The notes under the pieces: generated by a model
What the model saw: only the letters and a program-made list of their open reading frames with translations
Database searches by the model: none
What the model was told of the DNA's origin: nothing
Translations under genes and position numbers: made by a program
Part shown: positions 19,561-30,569 of the stretch, in pieces
How the letters are laid out: each line of letters starts with the position of its first letter
How positions within the stretch are numbered: the stretch's first letter is position 1
NCBI GenBank assembly: GCA_965217115.1
Contig: OZ244239.1
Coordinates: 672,001 to 736,000 of the forward strand
Reading direction: 5' to 3'
DNA length: 64,000 nt
DNA from: Bdellovibrionales bacterium
GTDB taxonomy: Bacteria; Bdellovibrionota; Bdellovibrionia; Bdellovibrionales; CAYMLA01

Positions 19561-20846
19561 GTGCGACTCATCTTGTTTAACAGATTTTTAGCTCTATCAT
19601 AATTATCTGGAGAGACATAGAGGCGACTAATAATTCGAGTCTCTTCGTATTTTTGAAAAATCTGTGTGCATTTTTCTATTGGCTCTGGCTCACTCCAATG
19701 ATCATACTGATCAACAACATAAATAATATCACTCTGATGAGTCGGCAGCGTAGAATGATACTTAGATAAACGAACTTTTGAAGATGCTGCGATACTATGA
19801 ATTCCCTCTTCTTTAAGATTCTCTTTGATCTTTCGTATACGCCCACCCTCTTTCAACATATGAAGCTCTATCAAAACACGATAGGGTCTACGTTGACTGA
19901 TCGCCTTAGCCCAAGGATTTTCCTGTTTTGCCAAATGTTGATAGAGAGCATAGTCCGTACACAAAGTGTACTTCTCAATCTCTGGTGGTAGAAAGAATTT
20001 ACAATCATCAGATTTAAGATAACGCATCAACATCTCTTCATAAATAATACTCTTATGATGAAAGTAAACCATCAAATGCATATGATGACGTGAAATAAGA
20101 AAGTCATCGAATGTGTACAAAGCTCTTCTATTTAAAGCTAAAAATAAATCATTCTCAACTTGATGATAAGTCAAATTGGACAGAAGCCAATTTTGTTCAA
20201 TATGGCCGTAATTTGTTCCACAAAAGAAAGCATCTCTCTCCAAATAATCCATACGATCCACATCAAGTTCAGAACTAACAATTTGACTTAAAATAGGACG
20301 GAAGTTCATGCCATTATCGATAAAAAAGTCATCTGGGCACTCAAGTTCTCGATCTATCAAACAGGCAATATACATGGGGTCTAGATCAGGAAACTCTGCT
20401 CTCAACACCTCGGTTAAAAATGAATCAGTAATATACTTAATCGTATAATCTTCATGGGTCGCTTGGCGATCCTCGTCCTTTTTCAAACCGTAGGCCCCTA
20501 CACAGAGCTTAAATAATTGCGGCATGACCTCTTCGGTCGCATGACTAAGAGGTCCATGCCCTATATCGTGGAGCAAAGCTCCCAGTCGTAGACACTGACG
20601 AAAACGAATACGAACGTCATTACTCGTAAAAGGATAGGCATCGAAAATCACATCAAATGCACGACCTGCCAGATGTGCAACACCAATAGAATGAATATAA
20701 CGATTATGAGTTCCACCGGGGAAACTAAACTCTGAAAACCCTAACTGCTTAATCGTACGCAATTTCTGATACTCAGCCGTATCAATCACCGCAACTTCTT
20801 GGGAAGACAAAGGAATTGAACCATGAATGGGATCGCGTATTTCCAT
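19557..20846 (-). CDS. HD-domain phosphohydrolase (dNTP triphosphohydrolase/SAMHD1-like)
   Basis: RDPIHG, QLG..HNRYIHSIG, LLHDIGHGPLSH, DVDRMDYL. Start MEIRD at 20846. Confidence 0.9.
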   Translation of the reverse strand: MEIRDPIHGSIPLSSQEVAVIDTAEYQKLRTIKQLGFSEFSFPGGTHNRYIHSIGVAHLAGRAFDVIFDAYPFTSNDVRIRFRQCLRLGALLHDIGHGPLSHATEEVMPQLFKLCVGAYGLKKDEDRQATHEDYTIKYITDSFLTEVLRAEFPDLDPMYIACLIDRELECPDDFFIDNGMNFRPILSQIVSSELDVDRMDYLERDAFFCGTNYGHIEQNWLLSNLTYHQVENDLFLALNRRALYTFDDFLISRHHMHLMVYFHHKSIIYEEMLMRYLKSDDCKFFLPPEIEKYTLCTDYALYQHLAKQENPWAKAISQRRPYRVLIELHMLKEGGRIRKIKENLKEEGIHSIAASSKVRLSKYHSTLPTHQSDIIYVVDQYDHWSEPEPIEKCTQIFQKYEETRIISRLYVSPDNYDRAKNLLNKMSRT

Positions 20847-21017
20847 GATAAACAAACTTCTAACCCGTATCTTTAATAAGGACAAGAGTGAAAGCATCCT
20901 GAGTGATTACAACAAAATAACGCAACGAATTATGTGGCTAGAATTTTTATTCTCCTCTACTATGTTGAGCTGTTACCAAATGGCTAGATTCAAGGCACAA
21001 AGAGCCAAGGAAGAATT

Positions 21018-21812
21018 ATGGAAAACTACCATCAACTTATGAAAAAGATTCTCAATGATGGCCTCAAGAAGGAGGATCGCACAGGAACTGGAACTCTTTC
21101 CCTCTTCGGGCACCAAATGCGTTTTGATTTAGAATCTGGTTTTCCTCTCGTGACCACAAAAAAATGTCATCTCCGCTCCATCATTTACGAACTTCTGTGG
21201 TTCCTCAAGGGGGACACCAACATCAAGTATCTCAACGATAACAAAGTTAATATATGGAATGAATGGGCCGATGATAATGGAGACCTCGGACCTGTCTACG
21301 GAGAGCAATGGCGCTCCTGGAAAACTTCAGACGAAAAAACAATCGATCAAATACAGAACGTCATCAACTCTATAAAAAACACCCCCAACTCTCGTCGTCA
21401 CCTCATTGTTGCTTACAACCCTGGAGTTGTCGATAAAATGGCTCTACCACCTTGCCATTCTTTCTTTCAATTCTACGTCGCTAACGATAAACTCTCATGT
21501 CAACTCTACCAGAGGAGCGCCGATGTTTTTCTCGGAGTTCCCTTTAACATTGCCAGCTACTCTCTGCTCACGATGATGGTCGCCCAGGTTTGTAATTTAA
21601 AACTCGGTGATTTCGTCCATACTTTTGGTGATGCTCATCTCTATCTCAATCATCTCGAACAAACTCAATTACAACTTTCACGCAACATCCGTCCCCTTCC
21701 CAAGATGGAAATCAACCCAGAAGTTAAAGATATTTTTGATTTCAATTTTGAAGACTTTAACCTTGTCGGTTATGACCCTCACCCAGCCATTAAGGCGGAG
21801 GTTGCTATATGA
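21018..21812 (+). CDS. thyA: Thymidylate synthase
   Basis: [31 protein letters not shown]. Confidence 0.98.
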   Translation: MENYHQLMKKILNDGLKKEDRTGTGTLSLFGHQMRFDLESGFPLVTTKKCHLRSIIYELLWFLKGDTNIKYLNDNKVNIWNEWADDNGDLGPVYGEQWRSWKTSDEKTIDQIQNVINSIKNTPNSRRHLIVAYNPGVVDKMALPPCHSFFQFYVANDKLSCQLYQRSADVFLGVPFNIASYSLLTMMVAQVCNLKLGDFVHTFGDAHLYLNHLEQTQLQLSRNIRPLPKMEINPEVKDIFDFNFEDFNLVGYDPHPAIKAEVAI

Positions 21813-22300
21813 TTCTTTCCCATATTGTTGCTACAAGTGAAAACCGAGTCATTGGCAAAAGCGGAGAACTGCCATGGCATATTCCAGAAGATCTAAAGTT
21901 TTTTAAAGAAAAAACCAATGGCCACATTCTTATCATGGGCCGTAAAACTTTTGAATCGATAAAAAAACCACTCCCAAATCGCTTTCATATTGTTATCACT
22001 CGTAATAGTAACTATCAATACGATCATCCAATGGTCTCTGTTGTCTCTTCCTTAAAGGATGCCTACGCTCAATCTGATAAGCTCACTGATAAGTATGGCA
22101 AAGAGATTTTTATCGTCGGTGGAGGAGAAATCTATAAACAATCCCTGCCAGACATCCACCGTATCTATCTCACCCTCATACATGAGAAAATCACAGGAGA
22201 TACTTTCTATCCTGATATTGATTTTTCTAACTACACTCAAATGAGATCAGATAGATCAGAATTTCCTGTTCCACATACCTATAAAACATTTCATCTTTAA
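21809..22300 (+). CDS. folA: Dihydrofolate reductase
   Basis: [33 protein letters not shown] overlap with thyA. Confidence 0.97.
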   Translation: MILSHIVATSENRVIGKSGELPWHIPEDLKFFKEKTNGHILIMGRKTFESIKKPLPNRFHIVITRNSNYQYDHPMVSVVSSLKDAYAQSDKLTDKYGKEIFIVGGGEIYKQSLPDIHRIYLTLIHEKITGDTFYPDIDFSNYTQMRSDRSEFPVPHTYKTFHL

Positions 22301-22367
22301 ATGTTGATAAATCGTACAAAGCATTGAATAGTTATAGCCATAACCATTCAATGCTCTTGGAGTTTAT

Positions 22368-23834
22368 ATGTTTTCGAAACCCATATTTATTATTATTACT
22401 GCATTTAGTCTAATTATCTCCTATTCGGACTCTTCGTACTCATCCCCAAATAATCATACTCTCCAAATAAGTCGAGATCATAAAACTAATACAGATTATT
22501 TCCTTATTTCATACAAAGAAAAAAACCTTTGGTTCCTTGATTTTTACCAAGTCCCTGACAATCAATTACAAAAAAGACTCTGGCAAAAAATATTTCAGAC
22601 TAAAAAGGATATGGAAGAGAGTATTGGCCATCTAAAGAAAAAAATCTCAACTCCTTTTACCCCATTCAATAAAAAATCACTTGCTTTGCGTAAATCAATA
22701 CAGAGTGAAAGTACAAAAACTATATGGTCTGCCAAAAATCATTGGACTTGGGATTGGGAAAAGAAATACTCTTCTTGGGTTAAAACCAATGTCGACGCAG
22801 ATTTTTTTATAACTTACAACATCGCCACTGATTGTGCAGATGTCATTTTTGCACTACGATGGATTTTTGCGCGTATAAACTCCCTACCTATTGCTAGCTC
22901 GTTAGCTGGTACAGGAGCTATCTTTTCCAACGAGTCCACTAAAAAAAGTTGGCAACACCTCAAACGACACGAAAACTGGTGGCAAGATTCTCTTTTTCTC
23001 AAAGCTTTAGAATATATTCTTAACAACACCTACACACATACCCTCTGGCAAGACAGCTACCCTACTACGATTAATTCAAAAACCTTTCTCTCTGGCAGTT
23101 GGTTCCTAGAAAAATATGGAAGCTCTGGACACGCTAGCATTGTCCAATCTATTGACCGCTTAACCCCCTACTTTAATATCACCCTCATCAGTTCCAGCGT
23201 CCCTCGACAAGTAAAATCTTTGCTTGAACAGTCTTTTTCGCGTAAAAACCAACCCTCTCCCACCAAATCTGGTTTCCTGCGTATGCGCTGGCCACGGAAA
23301 GATGACTCTAACCTTTGGACCCTTGTTGAAGCTAAAAGCATGGTTCACTATTCAAAAGAACAGTATCTCCCTGAATTCATGTCTCACCTTTCCTCTTTTA
23401 ATTTAGCTGTACTAAAGAATATCGGCTCTGAAGTTCCCACTCCTCTACAAAGGTTCAATAGAATTGCAAGAAACATCTATCTCTATATGTTTGATAGAGC
23501 TAAAACCGTAGAGCAGGGACATGAATATTGTGTTGTTAAAAACAATGACTGCAGTAAGGGCTCTTGGGGATGGTTTTCATGGAGCACCCCTTCTAGAGAT
23601 GGGAGTATCAGTACTAGCATAGCCAACCTATTAGAGATATACAATGGTCATGATCTTCAAAAATCATGGTCAGATTTCCTTACCTGGCCTTTTAAAATTG
23701 AAACCTCAAATCATTACTACGAGACAAATATGGGGCATCTTATTCACTCATTCCTCGAAAGAGAAACCTCTTACAATCCTAATGATTCTATTGAGCAACG
23801 ATGGAATCTCGACCCCTTAGAGCGTTCGTTCTAA
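22368..23834 (+). CDS. Secreted hypothetical protein, possible Cys/His hydrolase
   Basis: Signal peptide, Trp-rich; DCAD and GHA motifs. Confidence 0.75.
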   Translation: MFSKPIFIIITAFSLIISYSDSSYSSPNNHTLQISRDHKTNTDYFLISYKEKNLWFLDFYQVPDNQLQKRLWQKIFQTKKDMEESIGHLKKKISTPFTPFNKKSLALRKSIQSESTKTIWSAKNHWTWDWEKKYSSWVKTNVDADFFITYNIATDCADVIFALRWIFARINSLPIASSLAGTGAIFSNESTKKSWQHLKRHENWWQDSLFLKALEYILNNTYTHTLWQDSYPTTINSKTFLSGSWFLEKYGSSGHASIVQSIDRLTPYFNITLISSSVPRQVKSLLEQSFSRKNQPSPTKSGFLRMRWPRKDDSNLWTLVEAKSMVHYSKEQYLPEFMSHLSSFNLAVLKNIGSEVPTPLQRFNRIARNIYLYMFDRAKTVEQGHEYCVVKNNDCSKGSWGWFSWSTPSRDGSISTSIANLLEIYNGHDLQKSWSDFLTWPFKIETSNHYYETNMGHLIHSFLERETSYNPNDSIEQRWNLDPLERSF

Positions 23835-23877
23835 GAATAAAAAACCTAATGACTTTTTTCTAGAAATACGGAGGCTT

Positions 23878-25548
23878 TTATTTTCTAATATAGTGGGTAA
23901 ATGCCACCAAACCAAAAAAAGCTGCTATGCCGTAACCAACCCAAGCTATCAATGGAATATCTAACCACTTCATTCCAACCTGAGCTTGCACTAAAACTGA
24001 AGACCCTAAAAGCAAGCTTCCAATCACCAATCCTAAAAAGACAAGACTCGAAGATCTTTCAACTTCTCTCTGTAGTCCCTTAACTTCATCCACACGCAAT
24101 CTAAAAATATGCTCTGGACTATTCACCTTTCTCATAAAATGCTTCAATTGACGAGGCAACGAATACAACAATGACGTTGATTCTCGAATAAGCATTGAAA
24201 ACTCTTTGCCCATTTTTTCTTTATCATAACGATGCTTAACCATCTCTCCTGCAAAATCTAATGCCAAAGCAAGAAAATCAAAATCTTTTTTAATCAAATG
24301 CCCCACACTCTCTAAAGACATCAAAGATCTAAAAAAGAGTAGCAACTCTGACGGGAGAACCAACCCATATTTTGACGTCGCCACAGCTGTATCGAGCAAC
24401 AATCGACCCATATTGAAATTCTTTAGTGTCAACCCATAATAGGGCGCAATAATTCCACGCAAATCTCTAGCCAATAAATCCAAATCAACTTTTTCACTAA
24501 ATGGTGCTAGCTCTACATACTCGTAGGCCAAACGATCATAATCTTCACTGGAAATCGCAACCAACATATTTGCAATCGCTTTCTGAGTTTTAATATTCAA
24601 TCTACCTACAACACCAAAATCAATTAAGCCAATCTGACTTCCAGGTAAAACAAAAAGATTCCCTGCATGCATGTCGCCATGAAAGAGTCCATCTCTAAAA
24701 ACCATCTCCATAAAATTACGGATCACCGTAGCAAGTAACTGATCTCGATCTCCATCGTAAATATCCCAATCTTTTTCTTTCATTTGGTTCAATGATGTCC
24801 CAGAAAAAAATTCTAAAACCATCACTTTTTCTGTGTTTAAATCCATAAAAATCTGAGGGATTTTAATTTCAAGAGTATCTGAGAAATTATCTTGAAAACG
24901 ACGGACGTTATTCGCCTCAACTACAAAATTAGTTTCTAACTGTAACGTCCTAAAAAACTCATCGACAATCGCCAGTGGGCTGTAAGCACGGCTCTCTGGT
25001 ATATATTTCTCTAACAATTCTGCCAATAAATAGAGCACTCCTAAATCTCCATTGATCGTTTCAACGATACCTGGTCTTTGCACTTTTATGACTACACTCT
25101 CTCCGTTGATCAGAGTTGCCCTATGCACTTGAGCAATACTCGCAGCCCCTAACGGCTTCTCTTCTACATGGGAAAATATTTGATTTATTGCTCCTAATTC
25201 ACTCTCAATAACTTCATGTATATTTGTAAAAGGCTCTTCTTGGACTCGATCATGCAAGTTTTTGAATTCTTCAATAAAATTCTCTGGAAGAAGATCAGGA
25301 CGAGTTGCCAGAAGTTGACCCAGTTTTACAAAAGTTGGCCCTAACTCTTCAAAACTCATTCTCACTCTTTCTGCCATAGTGTACTGCTCTAAATTTAAAA
25401 CTGACCGCCCAGATATAAAACGTTCTAGTTTCATCTTAACAGCTAAATTCTGAAATCCATGGCGCGCAAAAACAACCACAATCGTTTTTAACCTTCCTGC
25501 ATTTCTCCATGTTTTACCAATCTGCTTTCCTGTTTCTAAAAACTTCAC
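23878..25548 (-). CDS. ubiB: ABC1/UbiB-family atypical kinase
   Basis: LGPTFVKLGQ, AASIAQVH, VIKVQRPG, FHGDMHAGN, DFG; C-terminal TMs. Confidence 0.9.
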   Translation of the reverse strand: MKFLETGKQIGKTWRNAGRLKTIVVVFARHGFQNLAVKMKLERFISGRSVLNLEQYTMAERVRMSFEELGPTFVKLGQLLATRPDLLPENFIEEFKNLHDRVQEEPFTNIHEVIESELGAINQIFSHVEEKPLGAASIAQVHRATLINGESVVIKVQRPGIVETINGDLGVLYLLAELLEKYIPESRAYSPLAIVDEFFRTLQLETNFVVEANNVRRFQDNFSDTLEIKIPQIFMDLNTEKVMVLEFFSGTSLNQMKEKDWDIYDGDRDQLLATVIRNFMEMVFRDGLFHGDMHAGNLFVLPGSQIGLIDFGVVGRLNIKTQKAIANMLVAISSEDYDRLAYEYVELAPFSEKVDLDLLARDLRGIIAPYYGLTLKNFNMGRLLLDTAVATSKYGLVLPSELLLFFRSLMSLESVGHLIKKDFDFLALALDFAGEMVKHRYDKEKMGKEFSMLIRESTSLLYSLPRQLKHFMRKVNSPEHIFRLRVDEVKGLQREVERSSSLVFLGLVIGSLLLGSSVLVQAQVGMKWLDIPLIAWVGYGIAAFFGLVAFTHYIRK

Positions 25549-25553
25549 TTAAA

Positions 25554-27710
25554 TCACCTTCTTGATTTTTTAGATTTCCCAGTTTTTTTTCTAGCGTTTC
25601 TATTCTGGCTATCCTTTCTTTTCTTTTTCTTTCTTTTTGGGTTTTCTTCGCTCTCTCTATCTGATTTATTTTTTCTCAAGACATTATCTACAAAATCACT
25701 CAAAGATTTTGTTTTTTTATCTCTTCTACCATCCTCTTTGTTTTTTCCTGCCTTCTTCTTATGAGGCTGCCTATTCTCTTGAGAGGCTAAAACAAAATTA
25801 ATTTTACCATCTTCCACATTTACATTTTCAACTCGAATGCGCATTGACTGGCCTATCTCATAAGTTCTCGATGTTTTTTTGCCTACTAACTTCAAATAAT
25901 CTGGATCAAACTCAAAAGGCTCATGTCCTAAATTCTCCAGATGAACCAGACCATCCACATCAAACTCACGCAAGAGGACAAAAATACCAAACTTTGCCAC
26001 CGAACTGATAATACCATCAAATTCCTGACCTATCATGCCACTCATAAACCGCGCTCTTTTAATCGAAGAGAGCTGTCTCTCCGCCTTCACCGATCTTTGC
26101 TCACAAGAGCTCAACATTTGCCCCGCTGTCGCCAAGTCACCCTCAGCTAACAATCGATAACCATCGCCTTTAACGACTAAATTTTTTAACAAGCGGTGTA
26201 CAATCAGATCGGAATAACGACGAATAGGAGATGTAAAATGAGTATAATTCTCAAACCCTAAACCAAAATGACCTACATTCTCGTTAGAGTAAACTGCCTG
26301 ATTCATCGAACGCAAAGTTAAAATACTCAAGATTTCAGATTTAGGATCTCCAGAAAAATCCTGCAGAGCTTGAGTTAATTTTTTTTGTAAAGACCCCCCC
26401 GACAAACTTCCTTTGCCTCCAAAATTATGAATAAACTGAGTCAATTTAAGAATATTTTCAGGATCAGGTTTTTCATGAATTCGGTAAATCCCAGGTATTT
26501 CTTTTTTTATAAAAAACTCTGCCACAGCAACATTTGCCATCAACATCATTTCCTCTATTAAACGATGGGCAAAAAGACGTGTCGATTTAATAATATCTAT
26601 TGGTATGCCCCCACCATCAACAATCACTTCTGTCTCAGACATATTTAAATCTAATGACCCATTCTCTAAACGACGGGCCATAAGTATTTTTGCCAACTCC
26701 GCGGCCAATAAAATATTATCCTTTACATGTTTATGCTTCTCAACTTCCTGAGCATCAACAATATCCTGCGCCTCTCCGTAGGTCACACGAGATTTGCTTT
26801 CAATAACAGCTTCATAAAATTGAGAACGTAATAACTCCCCCTTAAGAGATAGCTGCATTTCTGCTACCATCGCCAAACGTGGAACATGAGGTTTCAAAGA
26901 GCACAATCCATTGCTTAGAACCTCTGGTAACATTGGCACCACATAATTAGGAAAGTAACTGCTATTCCCCCTCTCATAGGCTTCTTTATCTATCGCGCTT
27001 CCCTCTTTAACATAATAAGCAACGTCAGCAATCGCCACCCATAGATTAAAATTTTCTTTATTTGATTCTACATAAATAGCATCATCAAAATCCTTAGCCG
27101 TAATTCCATCAATAGTTATAAAATTTAATTTTCTTAGATCTTTACGATTCTGAAAATCCTTGGGATCAACCTCTTCTATAAAATTCTTAGCCTGTTTTTC
27201 GACTTCCGCAGGAAACTCATAAGGTATGTCATGGGTATGAATAACTCGACGAATATCGTTAATTGGATCAAGGGCTTCACCAATCACTTCCACAACAACC
27301 CCTGTAAATCTCTTGCCTCGATCGGGAAAAGTTCTTATCTCTACAGCGACAAGATTCCCTTCCTTCGCTTCCATGACATCGTGTGCTTTAATTAAAAGGT
27401 CCTGTCCCCAACCATTTCCCTCATCAGGAACAATCCCTCCACCCGACGCCAGAGGATGAAAACGCCCTAAGACTCTGCTCCTAGATCTTTCAATAATCTT
27501 AACAATACGCCCACGAAAACGATTGCCACCTTTTTCAGGAAACACTTCCACAAGGACTTTATCATTGGTCATAATCCCCGTCATTTTGGGACGAGGTATG
27601 AAAGCATCAGATTTTGTCTTGTCATCTGGTATAAAAAAACCATAACCATCAGGGTGTCGTTTTACAATTCCAGGTAAATAAGGCGATCGATTCATACTTT
27701 GCTGTCCCAC
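25554..27710 (-). CDS. rnr: Ribonuclease R
   Basis: Cold-shock domains, TIDGITAKDFDDA, HFTSPIRRYSDL, S1 domain, basic C-terminal tail. Confidence 0.95.
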   Translation of the reverse strand: MGQQSMNRSPYLPGIVKRHPDGYGFFIPDDKTKSDAFIPRPKMTGIMTNDKVLVEVFPEKGGNRFRGRIVKIIERSRSRVLGRFHPLASGGGIVPDEGNGWGQDLLIKAHDVMEAKEGNLVAVEIRTFPDRGKRFTGVVVEVIGEALDPINDIRRVIHTHDIPYEFPAEVEKQAKNFIEEVDPKDFQNRKDLRKLNFITIDGITAKDFDDAIYVESNKENFNLWVAIADVAYYVKEGSAIDKEAYERGNSSYFPNYVVPMLPEVLSNGLCSLKPHVPRLAMVAEMQLSLKGELLRSQFYEAVIESKSRVTYGEAQDIVDAQEVEKHKHVKDNILLAAELAKILMARRLENGSLDLNMSETEVIVDGGGIPIDIIKSTRLFAHRLIEEMMLMANVAVAEFFIKKEIPGIYRIHEKPDPENILKLTQFIHNFGGKGSLSGGSLQKKLTQALQDFSGDPKSEILSILTLRSMNQAVYSNENVGHFGLGFENYTHFTSPIRRYSDLIVHRLLKNLVVKGDGYRLLAEGDLATAGQMLSSCEQRSVKAERQLSSIKRARFMSGMIGQEFDGIISSVAKFGIFVLLREFDVDGLVHLENLGHEPFEFDPDYLKLVGKKTSRTYEIGQSMRIRVENVNVEDGKINFVLASQENRQPHKKKAGKNKEDGRRDKKTKSLSDFVDNVLRKNKSDRESEENPKRKKKKRKDSQNRNARKKTGKSKKSRR

Positions 27711-27966
27711 TGTAATTTACAGACTATAGTATGAGTTTTCATAGAAGGCGACCTATATTAGCTGTAACCGTTCAAACGGGTTTTTTTAGTTTTCGCTCGA
27801 ACAGCTATAATTTAGAGCTATCTGCGATGCGTTATCTCCGAAGAGGCGAAGCCTCCCCATTTCAAAACACCGACCTTGGTCTAGTATTTGACCTATATCC
27901 CTATCTATCACTCCACTGTTAATTGTTCATTCGCTACTCTAAAAAAAACGTCTCAAGGAGTCAGGT

Positions 27967-28641
27967 ATGAAAAATTTATTTATCGCTTTAATAACTGTTT
28001 TTTCAGTTTTGCTATCAACAGCATACGGCACATCTTTCATGGAAAGAGATCCTCTTGGTGAAAATGCTCACTATGAATTAGTCCGTGGAGACCGCACAAC
28101 AGGCCTCATCAAAAAAGGAATATTTGATGCTGAAATCCTCGAATACAATCCAGATACAGCCGATGGCCCCATATATATTGCAAGTTTAAAATACGATATA
28201 AAAGCGACCTTTATTGGTCGTCATAAAGGAGAACTAAGAATCGATATTCCTTTTGAGTATTTTTCACCTGAATTCATTCTTCGACTACGAAAAGAAACAA
28301 CCATTAAAACTCCCAAATTCACAGTCACTCATTTAGGCTACGACGATGCTGAAACAAAAAATGGTCAATCTTACGAGAATTGCGACAAATTAAAAATCTA
28401 TAATATCAAAATATCTGAAGAAGAAAATAATATCTTTGTTAATATCCTCAAGTCTATCGTCTCAGGAGTGGTCACTTCGGAGGCGAATAACCTTCAAGAC
28501 AACCAAATTAAAGATCTTGAAATTGTCGCTCTACGCGCAGAAGAAATTCCTGTCCTAGGTGCTGTACAGCTCGATGTTAAAGGGAAAATCCGAGGGTATC
28601 GTTTCAAAGCTGGCCTTGATTACACCCCCAATGAAGAATAG
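27967..28641 (+). CDS. Secreted hypothetical protein
   Basis: AAGGAG RBS, signal peptide; no family recognised. Confidence 0.8.
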   Translation: MKNLFIALITVFSVLLSTAYGTSFMERDPLGENAHYELVRGDRTTGLIKKGIFDAEILEYNPDTADGPIYIASLKYDIKATFIGRHKGELRIDIPFEYFSPEFILRLRKETTIKTPKFTVTHLGYDDAETKNGQSYENCDKLKIYNIKISEEENNIFVNILKSIVSGVVTSEANNLQDNQIKDLEIVALRAEEIPVLGAVQLDVKGKIRGYRFKAGLDYTPNEE

Positions 28642-28767
28642 GGTGAATTTTTAGTATCAATCATAAGTTTCCCTCTGTTGCTTTATGATAAGATGGCTGT
28701 TATACAGCCTCTTCAGCAAGTCTTTATCTAATATATAATGTAACAATAATTCTAAGAGGAAAAAAAT

Positions 28768-29721
28768 ATGTCTGACACTCGTAAAGTTCCCGAATTAAGC
28801 CTAATGTCCTACATCAAGGGTTCTGATGACGATAAAAAAATATTCAGCCAACAGTTTTATCATGCCCTTTCTAATTATGGCTTTATCATACTTAAAGACC
28901 ATCCTATCTCGACTTCTCTCTTAGAAAAAAACTACGCCCTATGTAGAGAGCTTTTTGACCTCCCTCTTGCAACAAAGGAAAAGTACATTCTAGAGAAGGG
29001 TGCTGGACAAAGAGGATACACGAGATTTGGAAAAGAAAGCGCAAAAAATTCTGATGTTATGGACCTTAAAGAATTCTGGCATATAGGCCCTCAATTTTCT
29101 AAAGAGAGTAAGCTGTCAAAGGTTTATCCTGATAATATTTGGCCCGAAGAAATTAAAGAGTTTCAGCAAACTTATTTAAAAATATATCAGGAATTAGAAA
29201 AAACAGGGAAAATTATGTTAGAGGCACTCGGCATGGCGTTAGATGTGCCCAAGGATTTCTTTGATAAAATGATCACGGAGGGCAATTCCATAATAAGGCT
29301 TCTGCATTACCCTCCTATTCCTGAAAATGTAGACCCTAAATGCATACGTGCTGCCGCACATGAAGACATCAACCTCATAACCATACTCGCTAGTGCCACC
29401 TCATCAGGTCTACAACTCAAAGACCACGACGGGCAATGGCTAGATGTTCAAGGCGACCCCCATAGCCTTATTATTGACGCTGGTGATATGCTCGCGCGCA
29501 TCACCAACGATGTTATACCAGCCACCACTCACCGTGTAATCAATCCTGATGATGGAGAAAATACGAGCCGTTACTCTATGCCCTTTTTTATCCATCCACA
29601 TAAAGATGTTATTTTATCTTGTCTTGATTCTTGTCGAGGTGATGGTCCTAAATACACAGATATTTCTTCCCATGATTTTCTCATGGAAAGAATTAGTGAG
29701 TTAGGATTAGATAAAAAATAA
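28768..29721 (+). CDS. 2-oxoglutarate/Fe(II) oxygenase, isopenicillin N synthase-like family
   Basis: DIOX_N region (GQRGY, DLKEF), HxD (HED), distal His (THRV), RxS (RYS). Confidence 0.92.
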   Translation: MSDTRKVPELSLMSYIKGSDDDKKIFSQQFYHALSNYGFIILKDHPISTSLLEKNYALCRELFDLPLATKEKYILEKGAGQRGYTRFGKESAKNSDVMDLKEFWHIGPQFSKESKLSKVYPDNIWPEEIKEFQQTYLKIYQELEKTGKIMLEALGMALDVPKDFFDKMITEGNSIIRLLHYPPIPENVDPKCIRAAAHEDINLITILASATSSGLQLKDHDGQWLDVQGDPHSLIIDAGDMLARITNDVIPATTHRVINPDDGENTSRYSMPFFIHPHKDVILSCLDSCRGDGPKYTDISSHDFLMERISELGLDKK

Positions 29722-29797
29722 TCTGCCTAGAAATTAAAGACGAGAGGTCAAAACCTCAAGTCAAAAAAACGTGGAAAACAACACGTCAGTAGAACAA

Positions 29798-30457
29798 TTA
29801 ATATCTTCTTCTACCATAAATGTGACAAACACCTTCGTAGATATAGTCTCTGTAATTTCTTTTAGCAGTTTTATCAAAACCACCCAAAGGAGCACCTTTC
29901 CCATTCGTATTTAACAAATTCACAACGATGTGAATTGTTTTTGTCACTCTATGAAATTCAACCTCTTTTTCTCCCTCAGCCCAAACTCTCTCCCATCGGC
30001 AATGGACAGGGTCACCGCTACAAACTCTCTCTTTGACTAGCCTACGACAACTCTCAACTCCTCGAATAAGATCACTCTTCTGAATATCCGTTGTTAACTG
30101 GCCTGCAAGGTTAACAGGTTGTCCACTGACTGAAGATGGTAAGTTAATCGGGCCATTCTCTTTAGGGACCTGCGACTCATTCTCAAACGTAAATCGAATA
30201 TCTGTAGAAGGATTAGGGCCATTAGGCTCATCAGGGTCACCGGAACCTCCATCGGCGTCTTCTATAGTAAATGTTATATGTTTTTTCTTGTGATTAACTG
30301 TTAATTCAATTTCATGTTCACCGGCATTTAGTTTATAGTTCGAGTTCCAGTAGTCCTTGAAAACCACATCCTGTAATAGAGTCAACTTAACTGTTAATGA
30401 GCCATTGCAGCCACCCAATAAAAGTGTTATCAACACAACCCAAATCAAATTTTTCAT
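29798..30457 (-). CDS. Hypothetical lipoprotein
   Basis: AGGAGG RBS, start MKNLIW, lipobox LGGC. Confidence 0.75.
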   Translation of the reverse strand: MKNLIWVVLITLLLGGCNGSLTVKLTLLQDVVFKDYWNSNYKLNAGEHEIELTVNHKKKHITFTIEDADGGSGDPDEPNGPNPSTDIRFTFENESQVPKENGPINLPSSVSGQPVNLAGQLTTDIQKSDLIRGVESCRRLVKERVCSGDPVHCRWERVWAEGEKEVEFHRVTKTIHIVVNLLNTNGKGAPLGGFDKTAKRNYRDYIYEGVCHIYGRRRY

Positions 30458-30569
30458 GTCCCCTCCTAGTGCACAAAACATATACATATAAACACATCCT
30501 TACTATAGGCGAGGAATGACCAGTTTAGATACATAATTGCGGCGACTGCACGCGTTAATTTATCCTTTT

